Shown here: piece by piece, positions 40,645 through 56,774 of the stretch
How the letters are laid out: each line of letters begins with the position of its first letter
Numbering within the stretch: the first letter of the stretch is position 1
From: Octopus vulgaris
Taxonomy: Eukaryota
Direction of reading: 5' to 3'
Length of the DNA stretch: 64,000 nt
Assembly (NCBI GenBank): GCA_951406725.2
Contig: OX597835.1
Location: 35,278,001 to 35,342,000 of the forward strand
Translations under genes and position numbers: made by a program
The notes under the pieces: generated by a model
Databases searched by the model: none
Seen by the model: the letters and a program-made list of their open reading frames with translations, nothing else
What the model was told of the DNA's origin: nothing

Positions 40645-41094
40645 TATTTCTTTACAACCCACAAGGGGCTAAACACAGAGGGGACAAACAAGGACAGACA
40701 AACGGATTAAGTCGATTACATCGACCCTAGTGCGTAACTGGTACTTAATTCATCGACCCCGAAAGGATGAGAGGCAAAGTCGACCTCGGCGGAATTTGAA
40801 CTCAGAACGTAACGGCAGACGTAATACCGCTACGCATTTCGCCCGGCGTGCTAACGTTTCTTATTTCTTTATTGCCCACGAGGGGCTAAACATAGAGGGG
40901 ACAAGCAAGGACAGACAAACGGATTAAGTCGATTACATCGACTCCAGTGCGTAACTGGTACTTAATTTATCGACCCCGAAAGGATGAGAGGCAAAGTCGA
41001 CCTCGGAGGAATTTGAACTCAGAACGTAACGGCAGACGAAATACCGTTAAGCATTTCGCCCGGCGTGCTAACGTTTCTGCCAGCTCGCCGCCTT
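40645..41094 (-). mobile_element. Tandem dimer of family-B SINE
   Basis: Two head-to-tail units; flanking near-direct repeat atacctagctatacgaaa / atacctaggtatacaaaa. Confidence 0.88.
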
Positions 41095-41329
41095 ATACCT
41101 AGGTATACAAAAGACCACGGCACGCCAACACAGCCGTAAAGAGATGACGAACCGACTGTTTTATAAGTACATACTAACTGAAACACCGCTTAGTAGTAAT
41201 TCGTCTTAAGCCGTGCAAAAGCAAGCGGCCACAGAATCCGTGATAAACACATTCAGGATACATAGAATAAATACATACTTAGAAGAAACGCCTACACATA
41301 CACACGCACATATGTGTATATGTATACTC

Positions 41330-41506
41330 TTACTCTTTACTCTTTTACTTTTTTACTTGTTTCAGTCACGTGACTGTGGCCATGCTGGAGCACCGCCTTT
41401 AGTCGAGCAAATCGACTCCAGGACTTATTCTTTGTAAGCCTAGTACTTATTCTATCGGTCTCTTTTGCCGAACCGCTAGCATCAGTTGTCAAGGGATGTT
41501 TAGGGA

Positions 41507-41576
<70 letters not shown>

Positions 41577-41751
41577 TACACACACACACAAGCACACACA
41601 CACACACACACACAAACAAACTCACACACACACACATACTACGACTTCTTTCAGTTTCCGTCTACCAAATCCGCTCACAAGGCTATAGTAGAAGATACTT
41701 GCCTAAGGTGTCATGCAGTAGGTCTGTACCCGGACCCATGTGGTTGGGAAG

Positions 41752-41755
<4 letters not shown>
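41330..41755 (-). mobile_element. Family-A SINE
   Basis: Homology to 6717-7145. Confidence 0.85.
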
Positions 41756-41797
<42 letters not shown>

Positions 41798-41911
41798 ATA
41801 TTTCGGAATGCTCATTTTGCCAGTTTAGCCAATAAAAACACACGCCCTATATATTTGGTGATACTTTGCTTCAGCGTTATTTATTTTTTACATTAATCTT
41901 AATCTTATTTC

Positions 41912-41956
41912 GGCCAGAGTTCTTTCGTCACACTCCTGTGACCGCATCAGTGATCC
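41912..41956 (-). ncRNA. Hammerhead-like motif (A9C variant), second copy, in foldback element 41792-42050
   Basis: Minus strand: tca-CTGATGC-g-gtcac(aggagt)gtgac-GAAA-gaac-TC-tgg. Confidence 0.65.
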
Positions 41957-42043
41957 TTTGTTTATTGACTAAACTGGCAAAATGACCATTCCGAAATATA
42001 ACAATATCTGTTTCAACACACGACTTCACATAAAAAATCTTGC

Positions 42044-42104
<61 letters not shown>

Positions 42105-42246
42105 CTAAACCCTTATTGTTATAATTATATATAAAAAAACTTTTTGTATAAGTTTTTACCGAATATGGTCCTTTTCCATACCGAAAAACTACTAGGTGAA
42201 ATTTATTGATTTCATTAAATTAATTATCTTTCACCCTATATCTGTA

Positions 42247-42298
<52 letters not shown>

Positions 42299-42414
42299 AG
42301 CTCGCTTTGTCGATATCATTTTGAAGGGAATTTCCCCTTCTCTCTACGATCAACACACACATTCACACACAAAAGCGCACACGCGTTATCTCAAAATCGT
42401 ATGATAGAAAGAGG

Positions 42415-42472
<58 letters not shown>

Positions 42473-43135
42473 GAAGAGAAAGAGAGACAGAGAGAGAGAG
42501 AGAGAGAATGTGTGAGTGTGTGTATTGAGAAGGAAACTTAACGAGTAAACCCCAAAAGTTACTTAACGGCATAAAATGCAAACTAGTTTTCCTCTAAGCA
42601 TCGCCGCCGTCGCCACCACCACTAGCACTAACAGCACCACCACCACCACCACCACCACCACGATGATAGACGATAGCAAATGTGTTCAGTTTTAAGAGGC
42701 GACACATCCTTTTACCGTGATTAAAACAAGTGTTTAATAGTTGTAACTACATCACATATTGCTCTTCGCTCGTATTTCTCCTTCTCTATTCTTTCTCTCC
42801 ATCACTCTCCATCTTTTTCTATCTTAGTTTCTCTTTCCTCTTCTTTCTTTCTTTCTTTCTTTTCTTTTCTTTTATATGGCTCCTATCATTTTCTCATCTT
42901 TTCTCCGACTTCAGCCTCTCTTGCTTCTGTCTCATCTACCCAGTCTACATCCTCTGTTCTCTGATCTCGCTATCTAACGATGTACCTACCTACCTACCTA
43001 CCTACCTACCTACCTACCTACCTACCTACCTACCTACCTACCTACCTACCTACCAACCTACCTACCAACCTACCTACATACCTACCTACCTACCTACCTA
43101 CTTACCTACCTACCTATATATCTATCAATCTATCA

Positions 43136-43179
<44 letters not shown>

Positions 43180-43234
43180 GTCTGTCTGTCTGTTTTTTGT
43201 CTGTCTGTCCGTCCATCCATCCATCCATCCATCC

Positions 43235-43273
<39 letters not shown>

Positions 43274-43310
43274 CATCCATCCATCTCTCTCCCCCCACCT
43301 CTCTGTCTAA

Positions 43311-43363
<53 letters not shown>

Positions 43364-43726
43364 TCTGTTACACACATGAGGGTGTATAGGGTCGTGGCCT
43401 TGTGGTTAGGGTGTTGCCACACGATCTTTCATTCCTTTCATTCGCGGTCTTGATTTCTAGACATGGCGGCGTGCTATGTTCCTGACCAAAACGCTTCACT
43501 TCACGTTGCTCTGAGGCCAATTCGACGTCTGATGCGTGACGTCTGATTTGATGGAGGGGGTTAGCTAACGTGAAGCACAAACATTTGATCACTATAAACA
43601 AATCATCTATGCAGGGTGTTCGATAAGAGATTACAGGATCTCCACCTGTTGTTTACCGTGGGTTTATGCAACCCTACCTGGTACATATCTTTTCAAGTAC
43701 TTGATTCTATCTGAATCCTTACTTTA

Positions 43727-43762
<36 letters not shown>

Positions 43763-44586
43763 ATGAGTGAAGGTGCGTGGTTCAGTGGTTAGAGTGGTGT
43801 ACACAAGATTGCGAGTTCGTGGTTTCGATCTACAGACCGGATGGTGCAATGTGTTCTTGGGCAAAGACACGTCATTTCATGTTGCTCCAGTGATCAGATT
43901 GTCCTCTGACAATGTGGCACACCTGGCGCACCTGTACAGGTGATGTCGATTTAATGAAGGGAGTGAGTTTATGTGAAGCTCAAAGATTTGATCACTATAA
44001 ACGAATTATTTGCGCTGGTTGTTCGGCAAGAAATTGCTGAACCCTCATATGACGTATATAACAGAAATGTCCAACACACACGTCCATACATGCACAGATA
44101 AATCAAACGCATACAGCAATGTATTGCATATTTATATGCATGGATACATAGGGAACATAGCAGGGATCCAATATGTCACTCGTTTCAAAGATAGCGTATT
44201 TAAAAATAAAACGAAAAAGATTTTGGTAAAAGTATATCTTTTGAATGCAAAATGAAAGTATCGAAATATCGATGAAGCATGCACCAAAGATATAAACAGT
44301 GTAGAGCAGAACATGACGTATTAAATGGAGATAGTAAGGCAACAAAGCAATGGTGTACCTTCCTCACCTCAGTTACAAACGGCGTTACCCTGTTATTTTG
44401 CTACATACCAGCGTATTAAATAGAAAATCGGTTCCATGTAGTTCCTTTGACCCATCATAGGATAAAGATTAGTTTTTGATTGACGTGATAATCTTACTGG
44501 CTGATATTTTCGGTTTCCCTTTAAGCTGGTCTATTCAGTAACAGATAAAAGTAGGTAAATATAGCAATGATTTCCACCTCAAATAG

Positions 44587-44621
<35 letters not shown>

Positions 44622-44669
44622 TGTGTGCGTGTGTGTGTGTGTGTATGGGTGTGTGTGTGTATACATATA

Positions 44670-44703
<34 letters not shown>

Positions 44704-44726
44704 ACCATATATATGTATATATATAT

Positions 44727-45050
44727 TCTTTTACTTGTTTCAGTCATTTGACTGCGGCCATGCTGGAGCATCGTCCCTAGTGGAGCAAATCGATCCCAGG
44801 ACTTATTCTTTGTAAGCCCAGTACTTATATATTCTATCGGTATCTTTTGCCGAACAGTTAAGTTACGGAGACGTAAACACAACATCATTGGTTGTCAAGC
44901 GATGTTGGTGGGGTACGAACACAGACACACAAATATATAAACACATATACGACGGGCTTCTTTCAGTTTCTGTCAACCAAATCCACTCACAAGGCTTTGT
45001 GAGTGGATTCGGCCCAAGGCTATAGTACAAGACACCTCCCTAATGTGGCA
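44727..45050 (-). mobile_element. Family-A SINE (5'-truncated)
   Basis: Homology to 6717-7145. Confidence 0.8.
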
Positions 45051-45187
45051 CGCTTCATTTGGGGATTCTTGTCTAGTATTTCTCGATAGAAATGGTAAGA
45101 CAACAAAAGAATGAAAAAGAGCTCAATATGACGTAAATAGAGGAATTTATCTGTAAATATAATATGTGACAATTATTCGGTAGTCAT

Positions 45188-45248
45188 GATAAAACTCCGA
45201 GTTTCGGATGTCGGGGCGGAAACCCACGCCGCCATCTCTTCAGTTATC
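45188..45248 (-). ncRNA. Type-I hammerhead ribozyme
   Basis: Minus strand: gataa-CTGAAGA-gatggcgg...ccgacatcc-GAAA-ctcggag-TT-ttatc. Confidence 0.78.
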
Positions 45249-45292
45249 CGGCCATCGAAAAAGTATATATATACTTATATACATATACACAC

Positions 45293-45406
<114 letters not shown>

Positions 45407-45765
45407 CTGTGTGTGAGCCGTACATATACGAATCATAACTTTGGAATGTATGTGTTGCCGTGTTTTGCTACAAGCCTGTACTCTTGATAAAGTCGGAATT
45501 GCGCCTACGAGACACACAGTATATTTTAGGCATTTATAGAGCGGACAGGGTCCATCCATCTGTCTGACATCAGACGATTTCTTCCAGAAAAAGTAGACAG
45601 AAAGAGATAGCGAGAGAGAGGGAGAGAGAAAGAGAGGGGGAGAGATAGAAAGAGAGGGAGAGGGAGAGGGAGAGAGAGAGATAACAGAAAAGATCTCAAT
45701 TCGGGAATGGTAATTGATTTATACACACTCACACGCACACACACACACGTATATATAGACTATTC

Positions 45766-45837
<72 letters not shown>

Positions 45838-45924
45838 AGAATTCACGAAAAAAACAAAAGACGAAGACAGGTGGTGTAGAAAACAAACAGATGTATTAGT
45901 TTAACGCTCGGGAATTGAAAAATT

Positions 45925-45960
45925 CTTTAACGTTTCGAGCCTACGCTCTTCTACAGAAAG
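45925..45960 (-). ncRNA. Minimal hammerhead-like motif (A6U variant) in a short Neptune-like 3' end (45835-45988)
   Basis: Minus strand: cttt-CTGTAGA-a-gagc(gtag)gctc-GAAA-cg-TT-aaag; same family as 14831. Confidence 0.65.
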
Positions 45961-45987
45961 GAACAAAGGAACACAGAAGAAACAAAG

Positions 45988-46031
<44 letters not shown>

Positions 46032-46338
46032 TGTATGTATGAATATACCTAACTATATATACCTATATCTTGCGATATTTTCTTTTAAAAGGAAGGCACA
46101 CTCTGCAATAATTTTTCCAGTACATTCTACAACCTTCTCTCAGCATTCTATCTTTATTCTCATCGCCCTTTATAGTGTCATATTTTCACCAATTCACAAA
46201 TGTTTGAACAACCTATTGTGTAGAACCGGTTAGATAAAGACGCCATCATTGTAAAGATTTTGGTTTTGGGATCCAGTTTTCAACGATCAAATATGAAAAT
46301 TTCTTTTGGCCAAATTCTATTCCAATAGCAACTGCACA

Positions 46339-46339
<1 letters not shown>

Positions 46340-46432
<93 letters not shown>

Positions 46433-46438
46433 ATTATT

Positions 46439-46506
<68 letters not shown>

Positions 46507-46508
46507 CA

Positions 46509-46581
<73 letters not shown>

Positions 46582-46610
46582 CATTATTATTATTATTGTT
46601 GTTGTTGTTG

Positions 46611-46642
<32 letters not shown>

Positions 46643-46692
46643 GTTATTATTATTATTATTGTTATTATTATTATTATTAATATTATTATTAT
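46340..46692. repeat. (TTA)n/(TTG)n compound microsatellite
   Basis: Visible simple repeat. Confidence 0.95.
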
Positions 46693-47161
46693 AAGTTATA
46701 TCCAGCTGTTTCTCAGCCTTCTTTGATTTTCAATGTAGATCTTTCGATCAACAATAGAAGAATTATTGGATACGTTTGCGTTACTTGTCATCGCTCAAGA
46801 TCTCATACGATCACCCAGTGCTTTGTGAAAGAAGAAAGAAAGAAAAAAAAAAACAGTGAATTTTGTGGTTACATAAATAGGAAAACAGATAGAGTGTCTC
46901 CCTGGCGTATTCCTCTCGGGAGACGACAATAATGATTGCAGTTAGACAGAGGAAAATGTCTAATTAAGCCATTATAAGTTCAATATCAGCAACATGTGTA
47001 AATTCTTGTTCATGTATGCATGTGGCGTGGATGTGTGGTAAGAAGCTTATTTCTCCACTTCATGGTTCCGGGTTCATTCCCACTGCGTGGCACGTTGAAC
47101 AAGTGCCTTCTACTGTAGCCTCGGGCCTTGTGAGTAGATATGGTAAACAGAAAGAAGCCGG

Positions 47162-47244
<83 letters not shown>

Positions 47245-47813
47245 TTGTATATATATATATGAAATTTATAAGTTTAAATTATTTAAATAATTTTTTATTT
47301 TTAACTTTTATATTTTCAAATCAATTTTATGTATTGGTTTATGATTTTCACTGTTTGATTTGCCTAATAGTGGTTTTATCTCTAATTTAATATAATATAT
47401 ATATATATATATACACATACATACATACACGCTCATATTTTGTATCTATACGCGTGTCTTTGTGTCTGTGTTTGTTAACCACCCTCCATCAACGCTAGAC
47501 GACCGGTGTTGGCGTGTTTACGTCCGTAACTTAGCAGTTCGGCAAAAGAACCGATGGAATAACTACTAGGCTTAGGGAAATAAGCCCTGGGTTGAATTGT
47601 TTGACTAAACACCTTCCAAGACACACAGCGTTCCTCTTTTAGCTTCCGTCTACAAAATCCATTCACAAACGCTTTGGTCGGCCTGGGGCTATGGGGCTAT
47701 TGAAAAGGACCTTTGCCTAAGATGCCACGCAATGGGACTGAACTCGGAACCATGTGGTTGGCAAGCAAAATTCTTACTACACAGCCACGCCTGTATGTTA
47801 ATAAATACATACA

Positions 47814-47958
<145 letters not shown>

Positions 47959-48374
47959 TTTTATGCATACATACACACACACTGATTTGTCGAAGTGTAC
48001 GTGTATGAATGTAGGAACGTACGTTCGTATTCAAATTTACTTCACATATACATTGTCACCTATGAAAACACACACACACACACACACAAACACACACGTC
48101 TGTGTGTATGAACCTAGGTGTGAGCGAGTGTGTGCATTTGTGCGTAAATGTATACAAAATAACATGAAAGACACCAATACAATCACTGATAGATAAGCAC
48201 AATTTTGTAAAACATGCATTTGAACGAGAGCTTAATACATGCCTATATCTCTGTCTTTTCGCCAATTCCCTTTCATAGAATGTTTGCTCACAGCCTCGGC
48301 GCCACCTTTCACTATGTTGACATTCATGATTTCCCCACCTTCCCTGTCTGTCTGTCTGTCTGTCTCTGTCTGTC

Positions 48375-48479
<105 letters not shown>

Positions 48480-48570
48480 CATATATGCACAAAAGAACGT
48501 TACGAATGCTCACTTCTACAACTTTCCTGCATTTCAGCTACTTGGATACATACATACATACATACATACA

Positions 48571-48649
<79 letters not shown>

Positions 48650-49884
48650 AGTATATATATATATATGTATATGCACACACACACATGTATATACATATAC
48701 ATACATATATATGTATATATATACATATATACATACATATTCATATGTGTGTATATATATACTTGAATATATATATATATATTTACTTATGTATATATAT
48801 ATATATGTGTGTGTGTACGTATATTTATATATATGAATATATACATAAACATTTCTGTTAATACAAACATATAGATACATATATATTTCTATATGTTTAT
48901 ATATATTTATGTGTACATGTATGTTTATAAACATATATGTATATATATATGTATTTATATATGTATGTGTGTGAATGTGTATATGCGTGCATAAACAGAT
49001 GTGTTCACAGACTTAAACACCTACATGTATACGTTCAAAAACACATTCACATATGCTTAGATAAATATAGAATCTCTCTCTCTCCCTCTCTCTGATACAC
49101 AAACACACCCACACAAACATGCATGCACGCACACACATGCATATACCTGTAAGTGTGCGATTTTTGTGTGTATATACCAACAGGAATTTGCATGTTCAAT
49201 CACTAATCCCTCAAATAAACCAAAAAAAGAAACGAAAACACCTCCGCAATATAAAACAAAAGCATGCAAGTTAAGAACTAAATCTTTGTTAAGTTGTATC
49301 ACAGACGTCTTTGCATTTTAACAAAATTGCATTTAAAAGCAAGCAAAAAACAAACGAAAAACGAAACATTTAGTAATATATTTAGTAATAATATGAGAAA
49401 CAAAAACGATAAAACCGAACCAACAAACAAACAATAACTTTAAGAAAAGTCAAAAGAAAATACGAAAATACAAGACCGTCAATCAAAAACGAAAGACGAA
49501 ATCTGGTTGTATTTTATCTCGTTACTCGCAGAAATTACTACTTTATAAAGCAGATGAGAAGCCCATTAAAATAGGAACTGTTTCATTCAATAAGCTTAAA
49601 GAAGACTGTATATCCTGTTATTTAAAGCAACGCTTACTGCTTGAATTTACGAAACGTCCGTTAAACATGCACTGGCTTCCGGTACGTTTCTTTTTCCGTT
49701 TGTAACGTCATTCTATCAAAAGATTGTGTGTGTGTATACGTACTTACTTACATGTCGTACGTTGTGTGTGTGTGTGTGTGTGAGTGTGTGTGCTTGTCTG
49801 TGTTTGTGTATATATAAGTCTCTATGTTTTTGAGCGTGTATGTGTATATATGTATGTGTGTATATATATGTATATGTATATCTA

Positions 49885-49969
<85 letters not shown>

Positions 49970-50075
49970 GTGTGTATGTATGTATATATATATAAACACA
50001 TGCGTATCAGTAATATAATTTCGGTACAAATTGTACATTTGTGTGTGTTTTTGTGCTTGTTCATGTATGTATAAA

Positions 50076-50113
<38 letters not shown>

Positions 50114-50114
50114 C

Positions 50115-50215
<101 letters not shown>

Positions 50216-50778
50216 CATACATACATACATACATACACATATTTTTGATACATATTGTACGTTTGCAAGTGCACACGCGTGTGTCTATACGCACTCAGCC
50301 AGACATACAAACACAAACACGCATACATACATCCAATATACACAACATACACATGTGCATATAAAATCTCTCAATACATAAATGCATTAGCAGGTATATA
50401 AATATATATATATATATATATACATACACACACACATACACACACATACACACATAATGCCATTTTGGGCTGTTAGTTGTTAAAGATTGAATTTAAAACG
50501 ATTTCTAATCAATTTTTCTATTGCTTCCATCAATTTCCACAAATGTCTTGGAATATTACATTTATTTATTTAATCTATTTATTTGTTGTATATGTTTGTT
50601 TGCTTCTTTTGTTGTTTCTTCTACGTTTTCTTCTTATTTTACATATAAGTTAGTATGTCTGGGTATTTCTATGTTGTAATGCAAGTGAGTGGATGTAATT
50701 TTCTGTAGAGTTTCATTTATTTAATTCAATCGGTAGCAACATAGGTACATATACCTGTAAAGACATACCTATACATGT

Positions 50779-50835
<57 letters not shown>

Positions 50836-51474
50836 GGAATAAATCCAAACTTACATATATGGTGTGTGTATATATACAGATGCATTCGTATATAAGCGTA
50901 TGTTATAATATCTATGCCGTACACACGTATATACGCACACAGACACACTCTTATATAAACGCTTGTTTAACTTCGCAGATAAAGTAGCACATTATACACA
51001 CATATGCCTATATATATACATCCATATACATATACATACACACATACATACATCCACATACAGGCATGTTATGCATTCATACGTTGTGTGTATGGAGATA
51101 TATAAAATTGATGTAAATGTTATATGAAGGTTCGAATTCAAATCAAGTTTATGATATTCAAGACTAACGGCAGCACATTTACTCACAAAGACTCAAAGGT
51201 AGGGTCAAATATGTTATTAATATTCGTTTTTATTGGTTCCTCATGTCAAATGACGAACAAGCCGTTAGTCGAAACATGATGTCCCACACAATACAAATTT
51301 TTTTTTTTAGAAATATACATAGATAGCTATATATAGGTATGTGCATATCATTGTTGGTATGTGTCTGTTTCTGTATCTACGTATGTATGCATTTACATGT
51401 ATGTACACTATTTACACACACATGTATGGATGTATATATACATACATACATGCATAAATACATACATACATACA

Positions 51475-51508
<34 letters not shown>

Positions 51509-51720
51509 GAGATAGATAGATAGATAGATAGATAGACAGATAGATAGATAAATATATCAACATTGTGTATATATGTATGTGTATATATGCATAGCATGGA
51601 CATATGTATATGTTCCGGTATATACGTATATATATGTTTATGACGAATGGTCTATTTGCTTGGACCTATGGTTTAATTGTGCTTATTTATGTAAAGGTGT
51701 ATATACTTTGCTTATGTATG

Positions 51721-51771
<51 letters not shown>

Positions 51772-51853
51772 ATGGATATTTGTTTATATTTATATATATT
51801 AAATTGTACGTGTATCCTATTTCATGTATTTATATTTTGAAAGTTCTTTATAA

Positions 51854-51975
51854 TCTCTGACGAGGCCTATGGTTATATATATGTACCCTATTTTTAAATG
51901 CCTACAACCTCAATATGATTGATAACTGTAGGCACTGAAAAACTACTTTTTCCATAGGCTGAAACAGCTGTAAGA
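51854..51975 (+). ncRNA. Type-I hammerhead ribozyme with large stem-II insertion
   Basis: tct-CTGACGA-ggcctatgg...ccataggct-GAAA-cagctg-TA-aga. Confidence 0.85.
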
Positions 51976-52160
51976 GTGATTTTAATGATTTCAATAATTT
52001 ATATTAAGATTTTTATAATTATATTCTTATATGTATTGAAATATAATGTAAATATGTATGTTATTACGGTTCTCGTTTTTCTTAAATAAATAAATAAGTC
52101 AACACTCTAATATCCGAAAGCTGATGAACCAACTAAATTGTTTCTCCATTTTCTTATTTG

Positions 52161-52224
<64 letters not shown>

Positions 52225-52225
52225 G

Positions 52226-52338
<113 letters not shown>

Positions 52339-54143
52339 GTGTGTATATTCGAGTATATATCTTGTTGTATGCTATTTAAAGACCATTCGCAGTATTCATC
52401 TACCTGATGTCGTCATGTCGTTAACAATAATCGCGAGCTACCGTTGCACGATGGGTCGAAACGGTTGTAGTGGATAATAATCTTGTGAATTCCAATTTTT
52501 TCTATCATATTTGCACACATACACACATATCTGTATATATGTATATATTCATTATAAGTATAAGATCTCACATACATACATACGCAAACACACACATACA
52601 CACACATGTAAGGCAAACAACACTACCTGTACTGTCACCCATACCAACTACAACAACTACAACTACAGTATTAACTTTTTTCGGTGTGGCTATGGTAGTG
52701 GTAGTGATCGTTGTGTTGTCACAACTATCGCTTACAACCACCACCACCACCACCATCACCATCACCATCCCACCACCACCACTACCTCCACCACGACCAC
52801 CAACTCAACTATCATCCAGCTACAACCATTAATCCCACCGCCATGACACTCAGCAGCAGTCATCACCAATGCCGCCGCCACCACCATCACTATCACCATC
52901 ACCACCACCACCACCACCACCACCACCACCACCACCACCACCTCCACCACCACCAATACCACATCTAGCACCACAACCGTTATCATTATCATCTTCCTTC
53001 CCTCCTCCTCACCACCAACACCATCACTTCCACCATCACTACCACCAATACCGCTACGACCCTCATATAATCCTTCCCCACCACTCACTTAATCCATCCA
53101 CTCCTTCCCATTTAATCCGACTCAGCAGGAAGCATGTGTCAGATCAATAGATAGATGAAGGAAATTCGTTGTCTTGTGTTTACGGTTTCGAATTACAGCC
53201 TGGAGGGCAAAGCATGTCTCGACAGAGTGAGGCCTTGTATAACATCTCAAATTTCGGTCCTACCCCACCCCACTACCGTCGTTCTTTTCTGTACCCCATC
53301 GCCTCACCTCCCGCTACCCATCTCTCTCATCATCATCATCATCATCATCATCACTCTCCTTCCTCTCAGCACAAGCACCGTCATAACCAGCACCGCTACC
53401 ACTACCACCAATAACGCCCCACCATCAACAACAGCACCAACACCACCACAATCACCTTCACCTCTACCATCATTAATACCAGCACCAGCACCAGCACCAG
53501 CACCTCCTCACACCGAGCCAATAGAACCATGAATATGACCACCTCAAATGAACACCCCTAGAAGTACTATCGATATCTCCATCTCCATACCCACCACCCA
53601 TGGCAACACAATTAGCAACACCATCACAACCTCTTCTGCCATTATTTCTTTTCAGCTCAAGTCACGAGCATCATCGTATGTCTGGCACAATTATCAAGAA
53701 ATAGTAAAGAAATATTCCCCCAAAATGAAAAAAATGCATTACGTAACGAAATCAGTTACATGCAATAGAAACGGCATTAGATTAAAAGAGGCATCTGTTT
53801 ACCATGCTAAATGTAAATACATCACAGAAAGCCAAATTCGCTGCAGTATTCGATCCTAGTATTCAATTAGTACTTATGTTATCGACCCCGAAACGATGAA
53901 AAGCAAAGTTGACCTCGATGGAATTTGAACTCAGAACGTAAAGAGCCGGGAGAAATGTGGTTAAGCATTTTGTCCAACGTGCTAACGATTCTGCCAGTTC
54001 TCTGCCTTAATGAAAAAAAAAATCAATCATTGAAAAAGAAGCACAACAGAAACAAAGATACCTTGCCTTCATCGGAATATCGCTGCGGTGAAGTGATGAA
54101 TAATATACACAAAAAACTATATACTTTATGGTGTACGTGTATA

Positions 54144-54720
54144 TACGTAGTGTTATCAAAAAGTTCCAGGACTAATTATGTTTAATAAAAAATAACTCGA
54201 AGGAGAGGGGCTTTCTCCGTCCGGGTGCGGATCCGTGGAATAAGCTGCCGGACGGGATAGTGAAGATGCCGACGACCGCTCGGTTCAAAGTCTCCCTTGA
54301 CTACAAATGGCCTGAACTCTTTGCATGAACACCACCCTGTACATAACTCCATGTCCCCCTACATGGTCTTGCTTTTTGCTTTTTGAGCCAAAAAATTAAC
54401 TTAACTTATCTTAAGTTTTAACATCGTCTCTTTTGAAATAGTCGCCTTGCGCAGCAGTACACCGCTCATAGCGTTCCTGTCACTTTTGGGACCCGGCCTG
54501 GAAGTTGTTTTCCGTAAGCGAGCTGAGGACCTTCCGACAATAGTGTTAAAACGACGACCTTTGAGCTGCATTTTCATTTTTGGTAAGAGATGGAAGTCCG
54601 CAGGCGAACAGGGCGGATGCGCAAGCGATGCCATGTTGTTTTTTGGCGAGAAACTCATGTGTGAGGAGAGCTCGGTGACAAGGTGCATTGTGGTCGTAAA
54701 GACGACAATGTCCCATGACA
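54144..54720 (-). mobile_element. Mariner 3' fragment interrupted by a CR1-like 3' end (about 54199-54390)
   Basis: TIR-like tacgtagtgttatcaaaaagttccaggact; LAHPPCSPADFHLLPKMKMQLKGRRF; insert encodes ..DPWNKLP. Confidence 0.75.
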
Positions 54721-54946
54721 CCGAGCTATGGTTCAGAGTTCGGATCCTTTGTCATGTTTTATTCTCTATCTCGCTTTACTTTAACTTGTATTATGTATTC
54801 TTTGTGAACTATAGTCAGACCCATCTACCGGTTATAACCCGGAAATGTTTTTCATGCACTGTTAGTACAGCCAATATCCTACAGGCGATTACAACATGCC
54901 AAGCGAAACCTAGTATATATAACAAAGTACCTTACTTAAAGCATGA

Positions 54947-55047
54947 CACCTGATGATGGATACAATACAACTAGCTGTGCAAACAACTAGCTGTGCAATA
55001 TCCCACTCGTAAGGGATAGATGCAGGATTATCGAAACGATCGTTGTG
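54947..55047 (+). ncRNA. Type-I hammerhead-like ribozyme with large stem-II insertion
   Basis: cac-CTGATGA-tggata...tatc-GAAA-cgatcg-TT-gtg; CCAAT at 54871, TATA-like at 54914, AATAAA directly downstream. Confidence 0.72.
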
Positions 55048-55089
55048 CTGAATAAAGTTTGTTGCTAGCTCTACTTTTCGTTTCTTTCA

Positions 55090-55193
<104 letters not shown>

Positions 55194-55200
55194 ATGTATG

Positions 55201-55373
<173 letters not shown>

Positions 55374-55380
55374 ATGTATG

Positions 55381-55439
<59 letters not shown>

Positions 55440-56473
55440 CTTATATCTGTAAATATAATGTGACAATTATTCGGTAGCCATGATAAAACTCCGTGTTTCG
55501 GATGTCGGGGCGAAAACCCACGCCAGTATCTATGGACATGCGCACTTACGCGATTACTTTGAACATTTTTACTCCCTTACCTTTACTCCCTCCCTTACAT
55601 AGCGGTCATTCTATTAGCTCTTTTGTCTTAACAACGGTCAATCACACAGTAATTTCCCTTTGTTTTAACGGTCATTTTCATAGCATTTTTTCCGATGGCC
55701 AGATAATTTATCATAGCTACCGAATAATTGTCACATATTCTATTTAAAGATAAATTCCTCTATTTACATAATATCGAGGTCTCTTTCATTCTTTTGTTGT
55801 CTTGTCATTTCTATCAATATATATACACACATATATATATATATATATATACATATATATGATATATGCATATAATTTAATGTACACCGTATGATAGTTT
55901 CTTCCAATTAAGACACGTGGCTGGAGTACTTTGTTGTTGAACTTATCTTAACGAAATTGTAATATGTGTGTGTGTGTGTGTATGTGTGTGTGTGTATTCA
56001 CATGAATGACGATGAAATGATAATTGTCAAATATTAGCAAACGTTCAAAGTTACCTCTCTTATTTCCCTACCATCACTACCACCACCACTACCACGACTA
56101 CCACCACACCACGATAGCGTCAACAAGAGTGAACCGGATTTCCCCCATATTTCTATGTGAAGATATCTCGAATACATGCTATGATTACATGTAGAAATAT
56201 GCTTTCTAGTATTCGTTGTAGCAAACAATGTCTTGCAGATAACATAAGTATCATTGTCATCATAATCATCATCCTCATCATTATCAGTTAATATCTTCAA
56301 ATTCCAGATAGTGCTGTCTCGAGACTCTTAGGGCTAGCTAGTCGGTTTCCACACCGAATAAGAGAACAAGGGCACAAAATTTCCTCCAAAAGGGGAGCTA
56401 GTCCATCGCTAATAATGGTTAATGGTTACTCATTATTAGTTGGACTGGAGCATCGTGAATTTAAGTGTTTTGC

Positions 56474-56547
<74 letters not shown>

Positions 56548-56774
56548 GCAAAACACAACACAGCACCCGGTCCAGAAATCGAAACCACGAACTTTGGAAT
56601 ATCGTGAGAATAGTATCCTAACCATTAGACCACGCGGCTTCCTTCATGCCGAGTCTAGTGATCAAATCGAAACCGCATCGACAACTCCATCATTCAGCGT
56701 CTTTTATAAATTTTCAACGACTTCTCTCGCTTCTTCTTGAAGGCAACCAGACGATTCTTAACACTACTAAGCTT

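Noticed and set aside
52711-53532. His/Pro-rich ORFs as a possible Hmx exon 1
   Set aside because: Wrong strand or pure (CAC)n low complexity; no conserved motif
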